From assembly GCA_009103225.1 (NCBI GenBank), contig RHPI01002438.1, positions 1,186,848 to 1,250,847 on the forward strand: a stretch of DNA of 64,000 nucleotides, written 5' to 3'. This document shows, piece by piece, positions 46,597-56,999 of this stretch. Made by a program: the position numbers and the translations under genes. Source of the DNA: Chlorokybus atmophyticus. Lineage: Eukaryota > Plantae > Mesostigma and Chlorokybus algae. Under the pieces are notes generated by a model. That model ran no database searches and was not told the origin of the DNA. It saw nothing but the letters and a program-made list of their open reading frames with translations. How positions within the stretch are numbered: the stretch's first letter is position 1; each line of letters starts with the position of its first letter.

Positions 46597-47044
46597 GTTG
46601 GCCGAGACGGTGAGGTAATGCAGCCACATCAAGCCACAACCTTTAGAGAGCAAGTCCCGAGCACTCCAGAGATCATCATCCGTACTTCTCAGTTCAAAGT
46701 CTTTCAGTTCTCACTTACAGTGTCGTCAATGTACAGAGACTAAGTCCTAAGCTCTTATAGTCAAGTGACATCTGTTAAGTCCCAAGATAACGGCTAGTTT
46801 ACGAAATGACCTAAATCAAGCCTAAGTCAGAACTCGCAACAGATAATCTAGCACGGATTATATTAGGTACCTACGACGACTAATTGACATCTGCTTCGTG
46901 TCGCGTGGGGCTCATGCGGGTAGCCGGGGTCGATGTCTGGCTGTAGGCATGACTGATTCAGCTGTCGATGCTGGTAGCACGGGAACGACGCCTGGCTGTA
47001 GGCATCAACGACAAAGTTGCCCCTCCTGGACCGCTGGCATGACA
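46597..47044 (-). repeat. 5' part of repeat A of element M (remainder at 33200-33405)
   Basis: Minus strand starts TGTCATGCCAGCGGTCCAGG, like E1 A2; distal part ends next to CGGCTTGTTGACTTACAG (33199-33182). Confidence 0.82.
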
Positions 47045-47480
47045 ACCTGTCAATATGGAGGTGTTGTGCTCAGATGTAGAGCAAGAGCACTTGGTGCGCG
47101 AACTCGGGCGTGAGCTTAACATGCTGCAAACTGAGCCTGTGGATCCCGAGTGTGATGAGCACTAGTGGCAACACGTTGTGCGTTCTACAACTCTAGATAG
47201 CGATCACTTTGTAGCTGCTACACCTTGTCAGTGGCAAGCAGCGTGGTGCGAGTGGTGACCATTACTGGGCAAGATAACAAGCATCATGTGCTACGCTGGT
47301 TAAGCCAAGGATACAAGCTGGATTGGGGGGGCACGTAAGAACCCAGCTAAAGAAGAGGTGAAGCAGATGTTGCTGCAGGAAGATTGCATTCCTAATTATG
47401 TTGAGACAGTAATGCAAAGGGAAGCTCCAACTTCAATTAGATTGCGCAACAGGCAATCAGCTACATAACAGCGAGCGTTT

Positions 47481-48400
47481 GTGCTTGACGAGTTGAATAA
47501 TTTGATGCGCTCAGGTGCAATTTCTGCTGTACATCCTTCAGATGTGAAGGTGATTACAGGAATTGGAGTGGTTGAGAATGATAGCGGCAAGCTTCGCCTC
47601 ATCATGGACCTGAGATGCATTCATGCCATTCTGGCACATATCCCCTTCAGTTATCACCATTTGGAGGATGCGTTGTTGTACACACGCAAAGGCTATTATC
47701 AAGTGACAGCGGACTTGAAATCAGGCTATCATCATGTGCCAATACATGCGGACAGCAAGCCCTACTCGGCAAAGGAATTTGAAGAAGTTGTATACCGCTG
47801 GAATGTGCCTGACAAGCTACAAAAGTTATTGAAGCTGATTCGCAAGTTGATAAACTCGGACGTGATGACCAAGCGCATGTTGGCAAAGGTGGCAGGAAAA
47901 TTAGTCGCAATGAAATAAGCTTTGGCCCCCGCATACCTGTATGCCCGCTGGCTGCTACAGCTAACCACCGATCAGAGTGATGGGGATGAGAATTTTACAC
48001 CACCACCGTTGTTGATGGACTTCTTGCTGTGGTTGCAGCGAAGCCTGCCGCAATATAATGGTTTCGCATGCTGGAAGCCGCCACTTGCACATGAGTTGCG
48101 TGTTGATGCCTCCGGTACCGTGGGTTGGGGTGCTACAAACCTATGGGCGGCAATGGTGGGAAACTTTGCTCCTTAGCAACAAGGTCTGCCTTCCGCAGTG
48201 AAGGAGGCATTGGCGTATGTAGCTGCCTTTTTAGAGTTGACACGATAGTAACCAGTGTTGCATCATGCCACTGTGAGGATTGTTGGCGACTGTCAGCCCA
48301 CCGTGGCCATGCTGATGAAGCTGACAGCATCGCATCGAGCTGTGCGATTGGCATTACACCGCTTGTGGCAAGTTCTGTGGGAACGAGACTTGGCCGTCTC
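47481..48400 (+). pseudogene. DIRS RT (internally deleted) and RNase H
   Basis: KLRLIMDLR, TADLKSGYHHVPI, VYRWNV joined directly to PDKLQK (LPFG/YxDD missing); ELRVDASG. Confidence 0.85.
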
Positions 48401-48417
48401 CGTGGTGTTGGAGCCAC

Positions 48418-48693
48418 GTGCGCTTAGTAGATGAAGATGCGCTCTTGAAGCTGCCAGACAAAGGGGATTGGGCTTTGGCAGGCACACCCACTATGTGCAT
48501 CCAGTCTCTGTTGAGAAAACCTTGCCTGGATGTGTTTGCAGCGGACCGGAACGCCAAATCTGCTGCATTCATGTCAGATGTGCCGATGCCAGGAAGCGTG
48601 GGCAATGCACTGACCTCTGATTGGAGGCAAGCTTGGCTGGAGGCTGGCAAGGGGATATTATGGTTTCACCCTCCGTTCGCCCTCCTGCATTAA
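48418..48693 (+). pseudogene. Dam-like N6-adenine methyltransferase domain of DIRS
   Basis: LDVFAA...N...NAL...W...WFHPPF pattern in the usual position after RNase H. Confidence 0.72.
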
Positions 48694-48898
48694 GCATTTG
48701 CATTATTGCAGCATTATCGTCTACCATCTATTGTAATGTTGCCAGAATGGCACTTTTCTGTATGGTGGCCTGCTGTCATGGCATGGCCAAAGCGAGACAT
48801 GCGTCATATGGGCAAACACATGGACTCGTTTGCAAAAGGCACCTGAGTGCCCGTCATAACCATTAACCCGGGATCATACCCGTACATTGTGGCTTATG

Positions 48899-49419
48899 TC
48901 ACAGGGGAACCAGAGGTACATACCTGATGTGTAAGTACAGATGCATACTTTGCGCGCCTTTCCACAAATCTGAGGTTGAATGTCTTCCAGGGACACACCC
49001 GTACGTAGCGCATGCTGCGCACCACCCCGACGGAATGAGTGTAGCCCAAGGTGAAGGCGATAAATTCCGCTTCTTAGAGAATGCTTGGTAAATGCGTGAT
49101 ATGCGCAATCACTGCTAATACTGCGCTCTTCCCAGTGTTTTTTGTTGCGGGCTAGCGGGCGAAAGATGGGGCCTTTTGAAATGCTGAAGGGGCTCTCATT
49201 TACATGGCTCAAGTACCGCTCCAGCACCTTGCAGAACTGCACACCTTTGTCGCTTTTACGAACCTTGATGGCTGGTACCCGCCCTGTACTATAGTTCTTG
49301 AGATGAGTAGCCTGTGTACAGACTTCTGTGCCCTTCGTCAAGATGTGTTCCATTTCTACGCGGGCCCCTTCACTGCCTCTGTAACAGTCAAGGCCAAATT
49401 TCGTGATTTTCATGGCCAT
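48899..49419 (-). pseudogene. Tyrosine recombinase C-terminal half
   Basis: PIFRP, LHSFRRGGA; W...M..Y (LWKGAQSMHLY) after a frameshift. Confidence 0.85.
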
Positions 49420-50019
49420 TTTAGGCCTTATTTGTAAGGTACATGTTTTTCATGACATAAGCGGATATCGGCGAGTTATGAGTCTGCCGCGGATATCGAC
49501 CGGGGCCCCAAGACCAGTCTGGAAGCCGCCAGAAAACGGAGGGCCAGTCGAGAAGGGCTCGACCAGATTTCCGGAAGGGCCTGGCGCCAAGTAGTATAAC
49601 TTGACCATATGAGCAGCAAATGAAGAGATCTTTGGTGCGTTGGAAAGGTCTAGAAGTGTACTACAAGATTCTGCAAGAATATCTTAGCTTCTAGTTCCGT
49701 TTAGCGCTAGGATCGTCTAGACAATAGCATGTGCAGACTGGTAGGTATAAAAGTGAAATTCTACAATTTGCAATACAACCTTTAACTCCCTAGTTTCTGG
49801 TGTGCAAGCTTGGTGGTGGTTAGCATAGGTTGCTAGCGTGTGGCCACTGGTGTGTGCTTGCTTGTGTGACGATCCAAGGCGCTACACGAGTCGGTGTGTA
49901 GCTTCGAGCGCATGTGCGTGCGTACGCGAGTGGCGGGGCGCGCGTGTGTGCTTGGCAGAGGGGGCAAGGTTCCGGTGTGAATACCGTGTCTTGGTGAGAG
50001 GGTTGTTGATTGGACTAAC

Positions 50020-51534
50020 TTACAGGTGACAAGGCACGAGCACCGTTACAGCCTCTTTGCCATGTGCACCACAAGTACATGCATAATGTGTAGTCACCCC
50101 AAAGCACTGCGCTTTCATAAGTAGCTCGCATTGGTCGAACACTCTGCACCTGCTGCTGCGAAAGTAGCATACTAGTATGCTCATGTCTTTTTGAGCCAAA
50201 GCAATGGAAGACACATGCTGCACGCCGGCCTGAGCTGTCACTTTGACGTAGCCAGCGCGATACTCGCGCACGTCCACAGACTCGCAAGGGTTGCCAGCTG
50301 GATGACTTGTGCTTCATGGACCAACTCGGCCATGCCATTTGAACCCAGCGCTTAAGTGCATGATGGTCACCTCAACAGTGCTGCTGGATATCATGACTGC
50401 ACCATGCTTATCTTTGCTCCGGGCTCTGCTGATATGTACGTCATTCTAATGCCCAGCGAGATAAGTTGTCACCACGGTGGGAGTAACGTCTTCCACAGCA
50501 ACATGTAGAGCTTGCAGGTAGTGGATGAAGTCCTGCCACACCAATCTCGGCGAGCGCGCGTTTGCTCATGAGTGGCGGCAGCATTGATGCGCTCTACATT
50601 GGCCAAGGCGAGCATGGCGCGTTGTTGCATGTTGCGTTGTAGTATGGACCCGTTGTTGATGTGCAATCGCTGTGTGCGCCGGGTCTTAGCATTTGCTTGC
50701 AGCGACCGTGCGAAGTCCATATCTGCGCATGTGACTCTCTTATGAATAGTTCGCTGCGCCATTGATACGCATGTCGCAATACTAATGGCGTTTTGTGAAA
50801 ACTACATGTCACTCTGAGCATCAATGCAATGTGTCCACCGATAGCTCGGGCATGTACAAATTCGACTGTTCTGTTTAAACAAGCAATGTTGTGTACTGAT
50901 GTACATTGGAAGAGGGTAGTAGTCAATAAAAACGCAGACGATTGCTACACCTATTACCACTCCTGTCACTGCAGAGGACATATCGTAGTGTCATAGTACA
51001 TGCCCGACTTTGCACACTAGTGTAAGATTATAGTTAGCAACTATTGTAAAAAAAATTCTTGCATCGCGTGAGAGCTCATACACTGGCCGATACTTGACGG
51101 CCGACGTCACTGGCTGACAGCAAGTGACGTCGGCCGTCAGTAAATCCGCCACCACAGAGGATGCAGGCGAGCGCCGAACGCGCCCCTCAGCCTGCACCCT
51201 CTGCTAATAACCATAATTGAGTTACGCAATCGGTAGCTTGTGAAGCTTACCTTTCAGGGCCATGTGAGCTTGCACGGCGTAGTTGTTGTCGTTGTTGTTC
51301 TACTTGAGCAGCAACGACGGCGGTGGCGCTGAGCTTGTTTTTGACCCTCCCGCCACACCCTGACTTACGATGTGTGCAATACAGTGTGATTGCGCTTACG
51401 CGTGTTGCGTTGTCTCGATTGCACGATTTTAGATGATCGCTACCGTTTAATCGCGTCTGATGCAAGTTGCGATCGCACAATGGTGAGAATTTGACTTTGA
51501 TAGCGCTTCCAGCATACGATATGCCTAATCGCAA
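50020..51534 (-). pseudogene. Probable degenerate Mutator/MULE transposase
   Basis: Weak motif traces only: YC...GC..RVK, CSFH, H..LK.W, CTC...PC (SWIM-like). Confidence 0.35.
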
Positions 51535-51765
51535 GCTTACGCGTGACGCGTTGTTTGCTTATAACGAGGTTGTTTTCGTGCCGTCGGTACGCCCTTCGCA
51601 GTCAATACAAACGCAAACAATTGCTACACCTATTACCACTCCTGTCATTGCAGAGAACAGATCGTAGTGTCATCGTACATGCCCGACTTTGCACACCAGT
51701 GTAGGATTATAGTTAGCAACTGTTCTAATCTAAATCTCGCATCGCGTGAGAGCTCATACACTAGG
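50930..51765 (+). repeat. Diverged direct repeat pair of about 155 bp (50930-51085 and 51608-51765)
   Basis: Shared ATTGCTACACCTATTACCACTCCTGTCA...GCATCGCGTGAGAGCTCATACACT. Confidence 0.85.
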
Positions 51766-52109
51766 CAATACTCGTCGGCGCCAACTATTGACCGGCAAGT
51801 TGCTTATAATAAACAGCTAACACGAGTGATTGATGTTAATAGTTAATATTAGGGTTTTAAGTAATACACGTGTCAAGCAGTGAATTTAGTTGCCGTCACC
51901 TCAACGACGGCGTCGCTGGCGACGCCGATGTCGGTTAAAGGTTCGGTGAAAGTATGGGGAGTAAGGCACGATGCCGCCAAAGACATTCAAGAAGCGGCTT
52001 GAGGCTGCTGGCGGGTGACGCGGCCGGAAGAAGCGGCCGCTGGAGCTGTGGAGCCTGAGGAATTTGCTGATAGGCCGCTGGAGGTCCGGCCGATGAGGGG
52101 CAAAACAAC

Positions 52110-52874
52110 GTGGCCGACAAGAGGCGTGCTCTGAAGGCTAGGCTTACGCAGCCTGCCCCTATAGCTACGCAGCTGGTGCCGCCGCTGAAGTCACGTGCAA
52201 AGGCTGGCGCAGGGCGTGACGCTGTGACACAGGAGCAGGGCGTGACCTTGAAAAGCGCTACGCAGCCCTCTGAGCTCGTTGTGAAGCTGCCAAAGGTGCC
52301 ACGCCGTCGCCGTAGCAGAGGGCAAGCATTGTCATCTGAAAAGGAAGAGGAGGTGATGAAGAAGAGGCACAAAAACAAGAAGAAAAAGAAGAAGGCTTTT
52401 ATACACAAAAAGAAGCGCACATCCTCTACGTCATGGATTTCGTCATCGTCATCGTCATCATCCTCAGATAATGACAGCTCCGACTCTTCGGCCCAGCATA
52501 CAACATGCTTCAAGAAGACTGGCTTCACCAAGCGCCTGTTGAGGAACACGAAGACGTATGCATTGTGGGAGGAGCATCGCTCACGCAAGCTCTCACCTGG
52601 CGTGCAAGCCTGCTTCAAGACAATCGGTTGCGCCCTTTTCACAGGTCCCCCAGTGTCACAGATGGTGGCATTTTTTTATCAGATGCTATTCACGCATGTG
52701 CACAATGGCCTGGACTTTGCGACAGCTTTTGCATCGGGGGTGCGTGGTACTATCAATGATGCCCGCATTATTCGCGACAAGGAAGACAAGATCATCCGCC
52801 GCCTCACCAAGCTCGCCAACATCTTCCAAGGCAAAGCGGCTATGCAGAAGGCAAAGACATCCGCTCCCCTGTAA
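52110..52874 (+). CDS. Hypothetical protein (about 254 aa), Lys/Ser-rich N-terminal half
   Basis: Open frame with poly-Lys (NLS-like) and poly-Ser tracts and an ordered-looking C-terminal half; GTG start call is uncertain. Confidence 0.4.
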   Translation: MADKRRALKARLTQPAPIATQLVPPLKSRAKAGAGRDAVTQEQGVTLKSATQPSELVVKLPKVPRRRRSRGQALSSEKEEEVMKKRHKNKKKKKKAFIHKKKRTSSTSWISSSSSSSSSDNDSSDSSAQHTTCFKKTGFTKRLLRNTKTYALWEEHRSRKLSPGVQACFKTIGCALFTGPPVSQMVAFFYQMLFTHVHNGLDFATAFASGVRGTINDARIIRDKEDKIIRRLTKLANIFQGKAAMQKAKTSAPL

Positions 52875-54119
52875 GTGTGCTTGTTGTTTGCAAGCTTATA
52901 TTGTCAACTTGGTCAATAACCACACTCGTTGCAAGTGTTGGCACTATTGTAAGTGCACAGCGAGCACCGCAATGCGCAGGTTCTATAGACTATGTGCAAT
53001 GCACACAAGACACTGAAAGTGCACGATGTGCAATCATCAAGTCGCACAATGTGCGCATTATCTGTTTTCATATATGCACACAATGTGCATGCAGTCCCTT
53101 ATTAGTCATAAAGCCGCACAATGTGCGCATGCATCGCGCATAGCGATGCACATTGTGTGCAAGGTTGCACACAATGTGCATGCAACCCTTGGTTGGTTAA
53201 GCTACAAGGTACGCATGTACTGGTTACTGGTCATTGTTGGCAATGCTCAGCTTGTTGAGCATGACACAGGGCTTTTCACGCGGACCAGTTGGAGGCGGCG
53301 CGCAGACCACGTCTGGTACGCGACGGCGTACCAGTGCCGCGGCTGGTCCGGCGTGACCGGACCACGGGTGATCCGGCCCCAGAGCCGGACGCCATGGTCC
53401 GATCAACCGAACTAGGGCTGGTCGCGTGCCCCGCGGCCTGTGGACCGGCACAGCACTGGTATGGTATGCGATCCACACGGTAGGACCAGGGCTGATCGCG
53501 ACTTACGAACCACAGCAGCACTGGTACATGTGATGTACAACAGGGGGACCAAGACTGGTGCAAGCTACACTGTACAGTCTACCCCCGTTATAAGAATCAC
53601 GTTTATCCCGGAGCTTTTCATGCCACTAACGGGGTTATTCTTTTGACGTTTAAGAGAATATATATTCTGTTAACGTTAAGAGAATATATATTCTTTTAGT
53701 GGGGGTCTCGCCAGAAAAGCGCATGAGCGTTTATAAGAATAAATATGCTATTAACGAAGTGTGTGCATTTCACATGTATATGATCAGTATGGTGAGTTTT
53801 ACGTACATCAAGCAAATGAACACACAATGTAACCTGGTGTTGTGTGACAGCATGCATGCTTGAAGTGTTATAATACAACAAGTGTTTGTGTGCATAAATG
53901 ATGGCGCGCACGCATGCGTAAAATATGTAATGAATCTGCTTGAATGTGTACATGAGCATGTTGCTTTGCGTGTGTCTGCAAGAGCAAACAGCATGCATCT
54001 GCAAGGCCATCACCACCAATACAAACATTGCACACTGCACTCGTACATGCATGGTATGCACGCTACTCTAACTCGACTGGCTCATCGACTGTGCCACAAG
54101 TGCTACCAATGCTAGCATC

Positions 54120-55426
54120 ATGTCCAAAAGCACCCGCAGTAAAAAAGTCCTGTATGGTGGTCTGACGGCCAGCGTCAAACAGCTGATGCTTTATGACCGC
54201 GTTGCGCAGCTGCCGTAAGGTGAGCTGATGATGCTCTGAGATGGGGCAGTCATTGGTGGCGATGAAGGCCTCCACACCATCTAAGAACCTCATGCACTCT
54301 GCCACCGTGATGCGTGGGGGTGATTCCTCCTCCTCCTCATCATCTACAACACAAGGCATTATAAGTGCCCACTCATGCACATCATATGATACACGCACAT
54401 GTACTGCAATTAGATCCCTCACCGTCAGCCTCATCTGGCTCAGCGGTGGCCCCCTCAACGCCTCCGACGCTTTGAAGGATGTCATCATCGCTCTGCCCGG
54501 CTTCGGTTGGGAGGGTGTCATCGACATGAACGAACTCAGCTGGGGAGAGCATCTCCGCACGTGGAATGGGGAGACGCTGCATGATGTCCCCGATCTCCTG
54601 TACAACAGCCTGCTCGCGCGCGTCAGTGTTGGGAGTTGGCGCGTGCCAAGCAAAGGGGGTGATGCCGCTCTTCCTCCAGCAATTGGAGATGGTGATTGCG
54701 GTGAGCTCCGCGTACGCCTCGCGACACCATATGATTGCCTCCCTCAACTGCACCTTTACCGTGCGCAAGTCGGTTGTTGGGTCGGCATCATACTGCTGCA
54801 GCAAGTACGCAACAAGCTTGCGCTTGTACCTGCCACGACCAAAGTGAGAAAGCATTACAAGCTCTGACGAACAAGGGGGGTCTGGTGATTTCACCGATTC
54901 ACCCACCCGTGTGATGCATTGAAGTCCTCTATGTTCAACTTGCTAGCAAAGTCCTTGCCCTTCTCTATCAATATCGCGTCTGTGATGGTGGCATTGCGAG
55001 CCCGAGCTTGTACAAACCATGCATACAATGCATCCTCCAACTTGGGATGTGCTGCAAGCCGCATGCGCTTGGTACTTGCAGCGAAATTACCACCCTGAGC
55101 TAGCGTCTCAACTATCTTATCACGGCCAGTCAGCAACTTGGACAATGCACTTTGTTTGATATCCAATTTCAACTTAGATTTGACAATAGCAATGANTATC
55201 TGCATGAGACAACGTCTGGTCATACACACAAACTTACAATCACACATATGGACTTGCAGTTTGCACCAACAGACTTGCAAACTAGCAATAGTGTCAAACA
55301 CCTTACCTCTGCATTCATCCAAGCCTTCTTGTTGGTCTCGTACTCCACACCGATGCGGATGGGAGTCCATGTGCTCCCAAAAGACCTAGGTCTTTTGGAC
55401 GTACCAATCAGCAAAAGGGGATACTT
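54120..55426 (-). pseudogene. pogo transposase fragments (CENP-B HTH, DDE_1)
   Basis: LEDALYAWF...FNASHGW; IGTSKRPRSF...NKKAWM; ISNCWRKSGI; order is scrambled across the N at 55196. Confidence 0.85.
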
Positions 55427-55759
55427 TGTCATGCCATCTACCCTCGCATGCCAGTTCTTCTCAAGCCTGCCTACACCCAGCCCCACGCCCGGGCTACCAG
55501 CAGGAAAACCGCGCGAGCCCCAGCCTACTGCTAGCTACTGTATCACTCATGTAGCATGTAGCTAGGGCTACTTTATGGACCTGTCTGTAGGGACCGCGCG
55601 TAGCTGATCAGTTGCAAGTCTGTTAAGAACACATGTGCTATATCAAGTCTTAGGAGATTTCCGAAATAGCATGAGGCCTCGATGTGACCGTTGGCCTAGT
55701 GCCCGCGTGGCACTGCACAGTCATGATTTGACATGTATAAGTAGGAAGTCACGTCACCA
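55427..55759 (+). repeat. Left end of another E3-family element (partial repeat A) inserted in pogo
   Basis: Begins at the same TGTCATGCCATCTACCC terminus; cut off at the N at 55760. Confidence 0.9.
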
Positions 55760-56898
55760 NTACACCTTTGCCCCCGCCGCCGCCGACCCTCGCGCCGCCG
55801 CCGCCGCCGCCGCCAACGCCGCATGGGGATAACCAGTGCCTCTGCAACTGACGTGGCGGCTTAAGGCACAGAAGCACTTGCATGGGCACAAGGGCACAAG
55901 AGCAAGTGCTTGCTTGTGCCCTTGCGCACAGCACTGCTACCCCCGATAAGAGCATATTACCACTGGGATTTTCATGCGGTAACATTATTCTTATTACGTA
56001 CAAGACTATTCCACTAAGTGAAGATATTTACCTGTAAAACCATTGGTCTTTTCATAATCTATGATCTTAGCGGGGTTATTCCCTTACAGCGAATTCCTTT
56101 AACGGGGGTAGACTGTAGTACACTGATGTACGACCGTGTATACCATAGATGGTACGCATTGCACTAGATGCACGGTGCTGCACCAAGCATGGTGCCGTGG
56201 CTGTCTCAGCGTACGGACCGGTCCCGCCGCGACTTGCACACGTCAGCAAGTATGCTAAGATGAGTTCAAGCCGGCCAGATAACCGCAGGCATTGCCTTGC
56301 CGGCTGGAGTTATCCTAAGCGTTGGCAGCAGTGCTTGCTGCCGCAGCACTGCCACATTACCAGCAGCGGAGCCAGGCCGATGAGATTTATGGCGTTTTTA
56401 CATTGTCACTTAGCGTGTAGGACACGGTGAGCGCTGCTGTCCTGCAAACAACGCATGCTACATGTATGCTTCCACACCGCCCATGAGGAAGCATGCAAGT
56501 AAGCGGCTGGTGCAAGCTCACTGTAGTTTCTCACTGTTTCAATAGTTTCACTGTCATTCTGCTGCTTTATAGGTTGGGACTCCCCACAGCTTCCCCGCCG
56601 TTGCTTGTTGGTTGTTGTTGTTGCATGCCCAGTTGATGCTGTCGCTGCTGCAGCCTTCCATGGCTTGGCGTGATTTGTTTTGACCATGGTTTTGACATTG
56701 CCGTAAGCTTAGCTTGGCTTGCAGCTGTCATTCTTCAATGGTCATGCAGCATGCCGTGGCTGTATGCACAGCCGCTGCTTCAGCGGGAGCAGAGGTTGGT
56801 TGTTGGTTAGGGTTAGTTGATGATGTTAACTGTTTTCGTGCTGTTTTTGCTGTCTTCCTGCTGCTGTCGTGCTTTGAGACAAACACATGGACACACCC

Positions 56899-56967
56899 NN
56901 NNNNNNNNNNNNNNNNNNNNNNNNNNNNNNNNNNNNNNNNNNNNNNNNNNNNNNNNNNNNNNNNNNN
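56899..56967. other. Assembly gap (N run); single Ns also at 55196, 55760, 63795
   Basis: Direct sequence. Confidence 0.99.
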
Positions 56968-56999
56968 AGCGCTGGGAGCAACGGCCGGTGAGACCACAA

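Larger units (their letters stand above)
4299..47044 (-). mobile_element. M: old Ty3/Gypsy element (gag-PR-DNMT-RT-RNaseH), fragmented by nested insertions; 3' part outside the window
   Basis: Fragments rejoin in frame once insertions are removed: RT WKEA|QQRAF across 13199/5073 and gag YKI|LSDK across 31939/18880. Minus-strand terminus TGTCATGCC starts at 47044. Confidence 0.9.
47340..49430 (+). mobile_element. DIRS-type (tyrosine recombinase) retrotransposon remnant
   Basis: DIRS-like RT, RNase H and MT domains on plus, YR on minus; RT core deleted. Confidence 0.85.
53575..56115 (-). mobile_element. pogo/Tigger-like Tc1-mariner DNA transposon
   Basis: TIR CAGTCTACCCCCGTTA at both ends, TA duplication at 53573-53574 and 56116-56117. 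Confidence 0.9.

Noticed and set aside
51908-51927. Helitron 3' end
   Set aside because: A hairpin is present but there is no CTRR terminus at the expected distance on either strand.
53224-53560. Separate transposon terminus from GGACC/GGTCC-rich sequence flanking the pogo
   Set aside because: It resembles CACTA subterminal repeats, but no TIR or TSD could be defined.
54382-55760. Permuted domain order in the pogo transposase (DDE middle before HTH)
   Set aside because: The displaced block is bounded by single Ns at 55196 and 55760, so it is most likely a scaffolding artefact.
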